Positions 35,366 through 44,292 of a stretch of 64,000 nt of DNA are shown piece by piece. A program made the translations under genes and the position numbers. The notes beneath the pieces were generated by a model, which worked only from the letters and a program-made list of their open reading frames with translations, was not told the origin of the DNA and made no database searches. The DNA is from an uncultured Acidobacteriota bacterium (lineage in GTDB: Bacteria; Acidobacteriota; Thermoanaerobaculia; Multivoradales; JAHEKO01), in NCBI GenBank assembly GCA_963713825.1, contig CAVQNG010000003.1:1376001-1440000 (forward strand), given 5' to 3'. Position 1 is the stretch's first letter, and every line of letters starts with the position of its first letter.

Positions 35366-38300
35366 ATGAAGAAAACAGTCCTCGGAACTCTGATTGTTCT
35401 CACGTGTGCGTGTCTTGGCCACTCGAGTCAAGCGATGGCTCAAGGCGGTGACTTTGAGTCCCAGATCCAAGCCTTGGAATGGCGCAACATCGGGCCCTTC
35501 AACGGCGGCCGCGGTACCACCGTCGTCGGTCATCCGACCGAAAGAAACGTCTTCTACTTTGGCCACGGCTCGGGCGGCCTCTGGAAGACCGAAGATGCCG
35601 GAACCTATTGGATTCCTGTAGGAGAGGGACAGTTCAACTACGCCTCCGTCGGGGCTATGGCCCTCTACGAGAAGAACCCGGACATCATGTATGTGGGTCT
35701 GGGCGAGCCGCAGCTGCGCCAGAGCGTTTCCTGGGGCGACGGTATGTACAAGTCGGTTGACGGCGGCGAGACCTGGGCGCATATCGGTCTCGAGGACTCG
35801 CTGCATATCGCCAGAGTGCGGATTCATCCGGACAATCCTGACGTCGTCTTCGTGGCCTCGATGGGCCACGCCTTCGGTCCCACAAAGGAGCGGGGCGTCT
35901 TTCGAACCCGGGACGGCGGCAAGACTTGGGATCACGTGCTCTTTCAGAACGAGAGCACAGGAGCCATCGACCTGGTGATGAGTCCGGGCGATCCGAATGT
36001 CCTATTCGCCGCACTGTGGACCTTCGAGCGCAAAGCCTGGGGCTCGTTCTTCGGTGGCCCGGACGGCGGCATCTGGCGCTCGCGCGACGGTGGCGACAAC
36101 TGGGAGGAGATCACTGCCAAGCCGGGTCTCCCGGAAGGCGATACGGGCCGCATCGGGCTCACAATGTCGGCCGCCGACCCCGACCGCGTCTACGCCTTGA
36201 TCGACTCGGCAACGCAGTCGGGTCTGTATCGGTCTAATGACGCCGGCGACACATGGAGCTTCATCTCCGACGACGCCAACATCACGGCTCGCCCCTTCTA
36301 CTTCACCCATATCTACGCGGACCCGAGCGACGCGGACAAGCTCTGGTCGCCCGGCAACAAGCTGTGGCGTTCTGTCGATGGCGGCAAGACCTGGATCCTC
36401 GAGCCCAGTGCCAAGGACGACTTCCAGGACATTTGGATCGATCCTGAGGATTCGAACCGCATGATCGTCACCTGCGACGGGGGTACCGCGGTGAGTCTGA
36501 CCGGGGGCAAGTCCTGGTCGAGCTTCGCCAATCAGAGCGGGGTGCAGTTCTATCGCGTCGACACCGACGACCAGTTCCCGTACAACGTCTACGGCAACGC
36601 GCAGGATCTGCTGGTCTACGGTGTGCCCAGCAGGTCCCGCTGGGGCGGTATCCCTCTCCACATGACCCAGTACATCGGCAACGGAGAGACGGGGCGAGCT
36701 TTTCCAAAACCCGGCGACCCCAACATCGTCTACAGCCTGTCAACAGGCGCTGCCTACGGCGCTGCCGCTCATTTCACCATCAATAATCTGAACACCGGGC
36801 AGAACGAGACCCGCTCGGTGTGGCCCGAGGTGCTGTTCGGAACACCAGCCTCGGAATTCAAGTATCGCTTCAACTGGCAGGCGCCCTTCGTCGTCTCGCC
36901 CCACGACCCGGGCACGATCTACTTTGCGGGCAACGTGGTATTCCGCACCCGGGACGAGGGCATGACCTGGGAGCGGATCTCGGACGACCTGACCCACAAC
37001 ATGACCGACAAGATGGAGGTCGCCGGGGCGACCTGGCTGCCGGAGTATTTCGGTCAGGAGATCTTTTCCACCATCCATCGTCTGGTCGAGTCCCCGCACG
37101 AGAAGGGTGTCTTATGGGCGGGTAGCGACGACGGTCTGCTTCACCTGACCCGCGACGGCGGTGGGAACTGGGAGAACGTTACCCCGCCGGGTCTGCCGGA
37201 GCTTTCGGGCATCTACGAGATCGAGGTCTCACCGCACGACCCAGCGACGACCTATATCGCCATCACACGCTACCGCAAGGCAGACGACTACGAGCCCTAC
37301 CTGCTCAAGACTTCGGACTATGGCAAGACCTGGAAGCGCCTCGACGGCAACTTCCCTGAGGGGCAGGTCACGAAGACGATCCGCGAGGATACGGTCCGCC
37401 AGGGTCTGCTCTTCGTCGGCACCGAGACCGGTATCTACGCCTCGATCGACGACGGCCAGAGCTGGAGGAACGTGAATCTCAATATGCCGCCGCTGCCGGT
37501 CTTCGACATCGAGGTCAAGAACGCGGACCTGATCGTTGCAACCCACGGTATGGGCTTCTGGATCCTGGACGACATCAGTCCGCTTCGCCAGTACACGGCC
37601 GATCTCGACGCGAAGAACGCCCATCTCTTCGAGCCCGAAGATCACACCCGATTCGGGTACAACTGGTGGCTCGACTACGGTGGCGGCCCGCCTTCGGACG
37701 AGAAGTACTTCTTCGTTCGCAACGCCGAACCAGGCTATACGTTCTATGAGCGAGGCGTGGTCAACGGCGAACGCCAGCGCGACTACATCGATGCCGGCGA
37801 CGCCCGCCCGCGGGGAGCAATCCTCTACTACCTGCTCAGCGACCAGGTCAAAGATGTCAGTCTTTCGATCCTCGACGAACAGGGAAACGAGGTTCGCACC
37901 TTCGGTTCAGACGAGATCCCCAAGGAGACATTCAGTGAGATCGCGGGCCGTGAGTACGCCGGAGGTTCGGACGCCGGGCAACCCAGGGCAAGTGTCGGCA
38001 AAGGCCTGAATCGCTTCATGTGGGACATGCGCTACCCCATGGTCTCCGCCATTCCAGGGCTGCCGCCTGTCGTGATCAATCCGATCGCCAAGCCCGGCAC
38101 CTACCAGGTGCGGCTGACGGTGGACGGCGAGTCCCAGACGCAGAGCTTCGAGATGAAGCTCAACCCGAACGAGAGCTACACCCGGGCCGAGACCGACGCC
38201 AAAGCCGAGGCCTGGATGACGCTCTACGAGAAGTCCGAGGAAGGGGTGCAGGCCGTGCTCCGGGCCCAGGCGGCCCGCGAGAAGGTCTCGGGCGCTCTGG

Positions 38301-38596
38301 AAGGTGGGTCGGGTGACTTGGCTGTTCAAGCGAAGAGAATCACCGAGCTTTGCACCGACCTCGAGGGCAGCATGGTTGCGACAGGAACGACCCTGGTGCA
38401 GATCATCAGCGAGCCCTCCAAGCCCCTGGCGATCTTGACGATGCTGCACAACATCATGGAGACCACCGAAGGTCCGCCGAATCAGCCCTGGTTCGAGGTC
38501 TACGAAAAGGTGTCCGGCGAAATGGACGCCGCAATCGCGGAGTTCGACGCGGCCCTGGAGAAGGAGATGGCGAAATTCGATGGGTTGAGCCGCTAG
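35366..38596 (+). CDS. VPS10/sortilin-like BNR repeat protein (second, divergent paralog)
   Basis: RBS AAGGAGG, signal peptide, WRNIGPFNGGR, Asp-boxes, RPFYF, YRFNWQAP. Confidence 0.88.
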   Translation: MKKTVLGTLIVLTCACLGHSSQAMAQGGDFESQIQALEWRNIGPFNGGRGTTVVGHPTERNVFYFGHGSGGLWKTEDAGTYWIPVGEGQFNYASVGAMALYEKNPDIMYVGLGEPQLRQSVSWGDGMYKSVDGGETWAHIGLEDSLHIARVRIHPDNPDVVFVASMGHAFGPTKERGVFRTRDGGKTWDHVLFQNESTGAIDLVMSPGDPNVLFAALWTFERKAWGSFFGGPDGGIWRSRDGGDNWEEITAKPGLPEGDTGRIGLTMSAADPDRVYALIDSATQSGLYRSNDAGDTWSFISDDANITARPFYFTHIYADPSDADKLWSPGNKLWRSVDGGKTWILEPSAKDDFQDIWIDPEDSNRMIVTCDGGTAVSLTGGKSWSSFANQSGVQFYRVDTDDQFPYNVYGNAQDLLVYGVPSRSRWGGIPLHMTQYIGNGETGRAFPKPGDPNIVYSLSTGAAYGAAAHFTINNLNTGQNETRSVWPEVLFGTPASEFKYRFNWQAPFVVSPHDPGTIYFAGNVVFRTRDEGMTWERISDDLTHNMTDKMEVAGATWLPEYFGQEIFSTIHRLVESPHEKGVLWAGSDDGLLHLTRDGGGNWENVTPPGLPELSGIYEIEVSPHDPATTYIAITRYRKADDYEPYLLKTSDYGKTWKRLDGNFPEGQVTKTIREDTVRQGLLFVGTETGIYASIDDGQSWRNVNLNMPPLPVFDIEVKNADLIVATHGMGFWILDDISPLRQYTADLDAKNAHLFEPEDHTRFGYNWWLDYGGGPPSDEKYFFVRNAEPGYTFYERGVVNGERQRDYIDAGDARPRGAILYYLLSDQVKDVSLSILDEQGNEVRTFGSDEIPKETFSEIAGREYAGGSDAGQPRASVGKGLNRFMWDMRYPMVSAIPGLPPVVINPIAKPGTYQVRLTVDGESQTQSFEMKLNPNESYTRAETDAKAEAWMTLYEKSEEGVQAVLRAQAAREKVSGALEGGSGDLAVQAKRITELCTDLEGSMVATGTTLVQIISEPSKPLAILTMLHNIMETTEGPPNQPWFEVYEKVSGEMDAAIAEFDAALEKEMAKFDGLSR

Positions 38597-38665
38597 CTCT
38601 GGTCACAAGAGATCGAATATCAATCTATGAGAGCGAGATGTGGGGTCGCCTGGATTGAAGCCAGA

Positions 38666-38687
38666 GAGGGGCGCTTCGGCGCCCCTC
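38666..38687 (+). terminator. Stable hairpin (terminator or RNA-stabilising) after the VPS10 gene
   Basis: gaggggcgc-ttcg-gcgcccctc, 9-bp stem with cUUCGg tetraloop; weak U-tract. Confidence 0.6.
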
Positions 38688-38767
38688 GTTGCTCAGGCCC
38701 AGGTTCCCGCCAGGGCTTTCACCCGTACGGATTACAAAGGACCGACCGAGCCGCAGAACGCAAGACG

Positions 38768-39877
38768 ATGAAGTGGAGCTCTTTTCTTCTTTCGTTGGCC
38801 GTCATCGCGATCGGCTGTGCACCCGAAACAAGGGTGTTGATCGAGTCTGATGAGGGTCCAGTAGCTCCGGACCTCGCGCCGCCGATCACCCGCATCGCCT
38901 TCGGCTCCTGCGCTTTTCAATGGGTCGAGCAGCCGATCTTTCGGGCGGTAGTGGCGGCAGAGCCGGATCTCTATCTGTCCCTGGGTGACGCCATCTACGG
39001 CGATTTCGACGGCGAGAACACCTTCGACGTGACCCCTGAATCGCTGCGCGAGGAGTGGCAGGAGTTGGCCGATAACCCGGACTGGCAGCATCTGACAGCC
39101 AACGTCCCGGTGATGGCGGTCTGGGACAACCACGACTACGGCAAGGCCGAGGGTGGCGCCGAGTTCGAGCTCAAGGCCCAAGCGCAGGAGATCTTTCTCG
39201 ACTTCTTCGGTGAGCCGGCGGATTCCGAGCGTCGGCTCTCAAGAGGTGTCTACCAGGCGGAGACGTTTGGACCTCCCGGGAGGGCCGTGCAGATCATCCT
39301 GCTCGACACCCGCTTCTTCAAAGGCCCCTTCGCCCTGGCGGACCGCCCAGAGGGAGCAGGCGGCAGTCTGGGGAAGTTTGCGCCCAATGAGGCTCCGGAC
39401 GTCACGCTCCTGGGGTCGGCCCAATGGGCTTGGCTGGAAGAGCAGCTCCGCCAGCCCGCTGACATTCGTTTCATCGCCTCGAGCACCCAGATTGTCCCCG
39501 ACCAGAAGGGGATGGACGAATGGGGCAACTACCCACTCGAGCGCCAGAAGCTCTTCGAGTTGATCGAGACCACAGGAGCCGAGGGTGTCGTTTTCCTGAC
39601 CGGAAATGTGCACTTCTCAGAGCTGTCGGCCACCGATGACGGTCCGTACCGGCTCTTCGACTTCACATCGAGTGGTTTGACGCATGTCAACGAAGAGTAC
39701 CCGCAGGCTGCCAACGCCTACCGTGTCGCCGGGCCTGTCGTCGAGATCAATTTCGGACTTGTCGAGATCGATTGGGAGGCGACACCATCTCCTCGGATCA
39801 TCCTTCAGATCATCGATGTCGAAGGTGGTGTTCAACTGGAACACGAAGTTCGTCTGAACGAACTGCGGGAGGAATGA
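38768..39877 (+). CDS. PhoD-like alkaline phosphatase D family lipoprotein
   Basis: IAFGSC, LGDAIYGD, WDNHDYG, LLDTR, LLGSAQW, TGNVH; lipobox AIGC. Confidence 0.88.
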   Translation: MKWSSFLLSLAVIAIGCAPETRVLIESDEGPVAPDLAPPITRIAFGSCAFQWVEQPIFRAVVAAEPDLYLSLGDAIYGDFDGENTFDVTPESLREEWQELADNPDWQHLTANVPVMAVWDNHDYGKAEGGAEFELKAQAQEIFLDFFGEPADSERRLSRGVYQAETFGPPGRAVQIILLDTRFFKGPFALADRPEGAGGSLGKFAPNEAPDVTLLGSAQWAWLEEQLRQPADIRFIASSTQIVPDQKGMDEWGNYPLERQKLFELIETTGAEGVVFLTGNVHFSELSATDDGPYRLFDFTSSGLTHVNEEYPQAANAYRVAGPVVEINFGLVEIDWEATPSPRIILQIIDVEGGVQLEHEVRLNELREE

Positions 39878-41133
39878 TAGTGATGCTGCCAACCTCATCT
39901 GGGGCTCGAATCCGTTCGAGGGTCCGCAGCCACGTCGTGATTCTGCTGGCAACAATGGTCCTCATTGCTCCTGCGATCCGAGCCGCCGAGTGGGAGCCAG
40001 TCTCCGGCGCCGAGAGCCTGCGTCAGTTCATGAGCGGTCTGTCGACAGAAAGAGATCTTGCCGGCAAAGAAGTGGCGCGAGGGGAGTATCACGCCGACGG
40101 TACAGGTGTGCTCCATGAGTGGGGTGCGTCGTTTTCCAGAACTTGGGAGGTCGTGGGCGAGGAGCAGGTTTGCATCACCGTGGGCCTACAGACCAAGTGT
40201 TATCAGTTCCAACGCAACACAGCCGAGGCGGATCTGTACCTGGCGCGGGACGTGGCGACGGACCAGACCTTCGAGTTCCGGGTCACCGCCGGTGGAGCCG
40301 TGGCAACGGGGCCTCGGAGCGAAGTGGGTTCGGGTGGTGGAGCCGCAACGGCTTCTGCCGAAGAGATTGCCGCCGAATTGGCCAACCCCAACACCCCGAT
40401 GGGGTCCTTGAACACCAATTTCGACTACACCGCTTTCGGCGGAGATCTACCCGACGCGGGGGATCAATCGGCCTTGAAGATGATCTTCCAGCCCAGCCTG
40501 CCCTACCCGCTGGGCGGTGGCACGAATTTCTTCGTCCGACCCGCCATCCCCGTCATTTTCGATCAGTCCGTGCCGAGCCCAAGCGGTGGCTTTGACTCGA
40601 CAGGCGTGAACCTTGGCGACATCGCTTTTGATGCCGCTTTCGGCTTCAGCTTCAAGAAGAAAGCCGGAGCCAACGTGCTGATCGCGGGTCTGACGGGTAC
40701 GATACCGACAGCCACCGATGAAGCCCTCGGTCTGGACCAGTGGCTACTCGGTCCCGAGCTCGCCGTCGCCATGGTCAGGAAGTGGGGCGCCATCGGAGTG
40801 CTGGTGACCCACCAATGGGATGTAGCGGGTGAGAGCGGCTACAGCACCAGCCTCACCGGTGGTCAGTATTTCTACACCTTCAATCTGAAAGGCGGCTGGC
40901 AGTTCTCGGCCAGTCCCAATTGGTCCTACAACCATAAGTCCGAGAGCGGGGATGCGTGGACCTTGCCCCTGGGAGTCGGGCTCGCGAAGACCTCGGTTCT
41001 GGGAGGACGGCCGTGGAAGAAGAGTCTTCAATATTGGAACTTCATCAAGTCACCGGAGGCCTTCGGTCCTGAGCACCAGATCCGCTTTGTCGTCGGACCG
41101 GTGGTCAAGTTGCCGTGGAAGGGTCGTGGGTAG
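39874..41133 (+). CDS. Outer-membrane beta-barrel transporter-like protein with extra N-terminal domain
   Basis: ATGA overlap with the phoD-like gene; ELANPNTP, FQPSLP, GDIAFD, TIPTATDEALG, WTLPLGVG barrel motifs. Confidence 0.65.
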   Translation: MIVMLPTSSGARIRSRVRSHVVILLATMVLIAPAIRAAEWEPVSGAESLRQFMSGLSTERDLAGKEVARGEYHADGTGVLHEWGASFSRTWEVVGEEQVCITVGLQTKCYQFQRNTAEADLYLARDVATDQTFEFRVTAGGAVATGPRSEVGSGGGAATASAEEIAAELANPNTPMGSLNTNFDYTAFGGDLPDAGDQSALKMIFQPSLPYPLGGGTNFFVRPAIPVIFDQSVPSPSGGFDSTGVNLGDIAFDAAFGFSFKKKAGANVLIAGLTGTIPTATDEALGLDQWLLGPELAVAMVRKWGAIGVLVTHQWDVAGESGYSTSLTGGQYFYTFNLKGGWQFSASPNWSYNHKSESGDAWTLPLGVGLAKTSVLGGRPWKKSLQYWNFIKSPEAFGPEHQIRFVVGPVVKLPWKGRG

Positions 41134-41144
41134 GGAGTCGACGA

Positions 41145-42482
41145 ATGAAAGCGAATGAGTTCAACAAGAGGTGGCCAGTTGTAGGTCTCGGATTGGTGGG
41201 TCTGGCCTGCCTTTGGATCCCTTCTGGAGTGGCCGCCGCTCAGAGCGAATCGGAGCTGACCGAGGAGGTCGGGACGACGGAATCGGAATCGACAGAATCG
41301 GAATCGACGGCGGGACAGCAGCCCAGGTTCGGGGGTCCGGATCAGGTCGACAATCAGATCGCCAACGACGAGGCTTCGACCAGCCGGATCGTTACGGACC
41401 GTCTCCTCGATCTCTATTTCGCATGGAAGAAGAACTTGCAGGAGAAGCGCGGCATCTCACTCTCGGTGGATTACTCCGCCGCCTACCTGAGTGGAAACAA
41501 CCGTGTCGGCGACGATAGCGCCGGTGGGGGCATCGCCCGCTTCTATGGCTCGTGGGATCTCGTCGGTCGGGAGTCGGGCAACACCGGGGCCTTCGTTTGG
41601 AAGGTCGAGCATCGGCACGCCTACACTGATGTCGCTCCCAGCGGTTTCGGGTTCAACATCGGCTATGTCGGGCTCATAGAGCCACCGTTCAGCGGTCAGG
41701 GCTGGAGATGGACGAACTTCTACTGGCGCCAGCGCTGGAAGGACGGGAAGATCGCCCTGTTCGGGGGCTTTCTGGATGCCACCGACTACGTCGATGTCTA
41801 TGCCATGGCCAGTCCATGGACGGGCTTCTTGAATTTCGCATTCAGTACAGGCACGTTGACCATGGCAGTACCCAACGATGCCACGCTGGGTGCCGCCGCG
41901 GGTGGGATGATCACGAAGAACCTGTTCCTCATCGGCGGTCTGGTGGACCGAAACTCTGACCCGACCGAGTTCTGGGAGGGCTTCAACACCTTCTTCAGTG
42001 ACAACGAGTACTTCAAGTCGATCGAGATCGGCTGGACACCATCGCATGACGAGATCTACCTCAACAACACCCATCTCACTCTCTGGCAGGCCGACGAGCG
42101 GGAAGAGGCAGGGGAGGCGAGCGGATGGGGAGCCAACTTTTCGTGGAGCCGGTACTGGGCCGAGAAGTGGCTGCCCTTTGTGCGGGCGGGTTATGCCGAT
42201 GACGGTGGCAGCCTGATGCAGAAAGCGGTCAGCTTCGGCTTTGGCTACCAACCCGATCCCGGAGGCAACGTCCTGGGATTCGGCTTCAACTGGGGTGAGG
42301 TCAACGAGGATACCTGGGGTTCGGGTCTGAGCGACCAGCTGACCGCGGAGCTCTATTACCGCTGGAACATCTCGCCGCAGTTTGCCCTCACTCCCGATGT
42401 CCAGTACCTAAAGGATCCGTCACTCAACCCCGAAGAGGACTCGATCTGGGTCATCGGGCTGCGGGCGCGATTGGCTCTCTGA
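41145..42482 (+). CDS. Carbohydrate porin (OprB family)
   Basis: Signal peptide; WKVEHRH, FVRAGYA, ELYYRW, LTPDVQY, GLRARLAL. Confidence 0.85.
   Translation: MKANEFNKRWPVVGLGLVGLACLWIPSGVAAAQSESELTEEVGTTESESTESESTAGQQPRFGGPDQVDNQIANDEASTSRIVTDRLLDLYFAWKKNLQEKRGISLSVDYSAAYLSGNNRVGDDSAGGGIARFYGSWDLVGRESGNTGAFVWKVEHRHAYTDVAPSGFGFNIGYVGLIEPPFSGQGWRWTNFYWRQRWKDGKIALFGGFLDATDYVDVYAMASPWTGFLNFAFSTGTLTMAVPNDATLGAAAGGMITKNLFLIGGLVDRNSDPTEFWEGFNTFFSDNEYFKSIEIGWTPSHDEIYLNNTHLTLWQADEREEAGEASGWGANFSWSRYWAEKWLPFVRAGYADDGGSLMQKAVSFGFGYQPDPGGNVLGFGFNWGEVNEDTWGSGLSDQLTAELYYRWNISPQFALTPDVQYLKDPSLNPEEDSIWVIGLRARLAL
41280..41309 (+). repeat. 15-bp tandem duplication encoding ESEST x2 in the porin linker
   Basis: gaatcggaatcgac(a/g) twice. 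Confidence 0.8.
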
Positions 42483-42538
42483 CGAGAGATCTCGTTGGGC
42501 CTGTCGCTCGTATTGGTAGTCTTGAAGGAGAGGTCCAA

Positions 42539-43351
42539 ATGTCGAGCGAGCTCAACGCCATCGTCGTGCAGCGAATCGAGGTTTCGCCGGGCCTGGTGAT
42601 CCTGAGGGTCGTTCCCGAGGGCTGGGAGTTGCCCGAATTCGAGCCCGGCCAGTTCGCCGTTTTGGCACTGCCTGGATCGGCGGCGCGAACCACCATCTCA
42701 GACCCCGAGACCAAGCCGAGCGCTCCGGACAAGCTGATCAAACGAGCCTACTCGATTGCCTCGTCCTCGAGAGCCAAGGAGTTCATGGAGTTCTACGTCT
42801 CTTTGGTGCCGTCGGGTCAGCTCACACCGCGGCTGTTCAAGCTGAGGAGCGGTGATGGAGTCTGGCTCTCGCCGAAGGCGAAGGGCCTGTTCACCCTCGA
42901 CAACGTCGAGAAGGGCCGTCACGTCGCCTTTCTCGCGACCGGCACGGGACTCGCGCCCTACATGAGCATGCTGCGTACAGAGTTGACTTGTGGCACGCCG
43001 ACGCACTTCGGCGTACTTCACGGCGCTCGCCATTCCTGGGATCTGGGGTATCGCTCGGAGCTCATGACGCTGCGCCAGCTCTGTTCGAATTTCTCCTATC
43101 TGCCGACGATCAGCCGGCCTCAAGCCGAGGCTGTCGAGTGGGCCGGACACTCGGGGTATCTGCAGGACCTCTGGCGCTCCCGTGCTCTGGCCGATGAATG
43201 GGGCTTCGAGCCTTCACCAGAGACTACGGACATCTTCATCTGCGGAAATCCTGCAATGGTCGATGACATGGTGGCCATCCTCGGCGATGAGGGCTATGTC
43301 GAGCACAACCGCCGCCAGCAGGGTCAGGTTCACGTAGAGCGCTACTGGTAG
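42539..43351 (+). CDS. Ferredoxin(flavodoxin)--NADP+ reductase
   Basis: RAYSIASS, GQLTPRL, ATGTGLAPY, ICGNPAMV, C-terminal ERYW. Confidence 0.9.
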   Translation: MSSELNAIVVQRIEVSPGLVILRVVPEGWELPEFEPGQFAVLALPGSAARTTISDPETKPSAPDKLIKRAYSIASSSRAKEFMEFYVSLVPSGQLTPRLFKLRSGDGVWLSPKAKGLFTLDNVEKGRHVAFLATGTGLAPYMSMLRTELTCGTPTHFGVLHGARHSWDLGYRSELMTLRQLCSNFSYLPTISRPQAEAVEWAGHSGYLQDLWRSRALADEWGFEPSPETTDIFICGNPAMVDDMVAILGDEGYVEHNRRQQGQVHVERYW

Positions 43352-43439
43352 CCGCTGCGGAGGGCGTGCGGTGGGTGTGGGCACGGAGAAGCTCTTTCAA
43401 CCACCGGAGCCAGCCGAGGTTGGGTCGAATTGAGGACAG

Positions 43440-43859
43440 CTAGGTTTCGAAAGGGTTGACGAGCTCGAGACCGCATTCTTCGAAATCGCGAATATTTCGA
43501 GTGGCGACTGCCAGACCGCGGGCCCAGGCTATGGAGGCAATCTGACCGTCGAGGATTCCAAGGGGGCGGCCGAGTCTCTTTCGGTGCCCCATGATCTCGC
43601 CATACTGCAGAGCCGCCTTCGCGTCGAATGACAGGACTCTCTGCTCGAATCCTTGGGCAACGAACTTCGCGAAGCGATTCTCCAGATCTCGGCGCCGCCT
43701 GCCTGCGGGAAGCACGCTCAAGCCATAGCCGATCTCGGCGAGAGTGACCGACGACAGGTACAGTCTCATACTCTCCTGAGCATTCAGCCATCGCACCACC
43801 GTCTGCGAGGGTGCCTTCATCATGACAGCGGAAATCACGTTGGTGTCGAGGAGGATCAT
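43440..43859 (-). CDS. vapC: VapC/FitB PIN-domain toxin
   Basis: MILLDTNVIS, AEIGYG, DGQIASIA, ATRNIRDF, NPF. Confidence 0.93.
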   Translation of the reverse strand: MILLDTNVISAVMMKAPSQTVVRWLNAQESMRLYLSSVTLAEIGYGLSVLPAGRRRRDLENRFAKFVAQGFEQRVLSFDAKAALQYGEIMGHRKRLGRPLGILDGQIASIAWARGLAVATRNIRDFEECGLELVNPFET

Positions 43860-44089
43860 GAGTCCACTTCCAGAGGCTCATGGGGTGTTCGAGGGGGAAT
43901 CTCCAGTTCCACGCCGTGGTCGGGACCGAACTGCTGTAGCGCCAGATCACCCAGCCTCTCGGGTGACGAGACCGCTCGTCTGAGGATCTGGCGGACCTCT
44001 TCCTCCATGGATACGCCATGTTTGGCGGCGCGAACCCGTAGTTGCTCGTAAGTCATGTCATCGATCTTCCGCACGCTCAGGTTGGCCAT
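43856..44089 (-). CDS. FitA-like ribbon-helix-helix antitoxin
   Basis: MANLSVRKIDD...LRVRAAKHGVSMEEEVRQIL; ATGA overlap with the toxin. Confidence 0.9.
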   Translation of the reverse strand: MANLSVRKIDDMTYEQLRVRAAKHGVSMEEEVRQILRRAVSSPERLGDLALQQFGPDHGVELEIPPRTPHEPLEVDS

Positions 44090-44097
44090 GAGTGACA

Positions 44098-44134
44098 TGC
44101 TAGCGTACGCTAGCAATGCTGTCAATTGCTAGCA
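44098..44134. promoter_or_regulatory. FitAB-type operator palindromes
   Basis: Perfect 18-bp palindrome TGCTAGCGTACGCTAGCA (44098-44115) plus TGCTAGCA (44127-44134), resembling the FitA TGCTATCA half-site. Confidence 0.75.
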
Positions 44135-44292
44135 TTTGTCTAGTGATCGCCTCTAAAGAAGTGAAGGACGGTTCAAGGCTCCAGGATCTTGCAGATTGAG
44201 CCGGCCTGGCCTCGCCCCCCCCTGGGTACCTCCCGTTTTCACCTGGTTCAGCTGAGCAGACATAGTATGGTTGGACGAGACTGGGAGATGCG

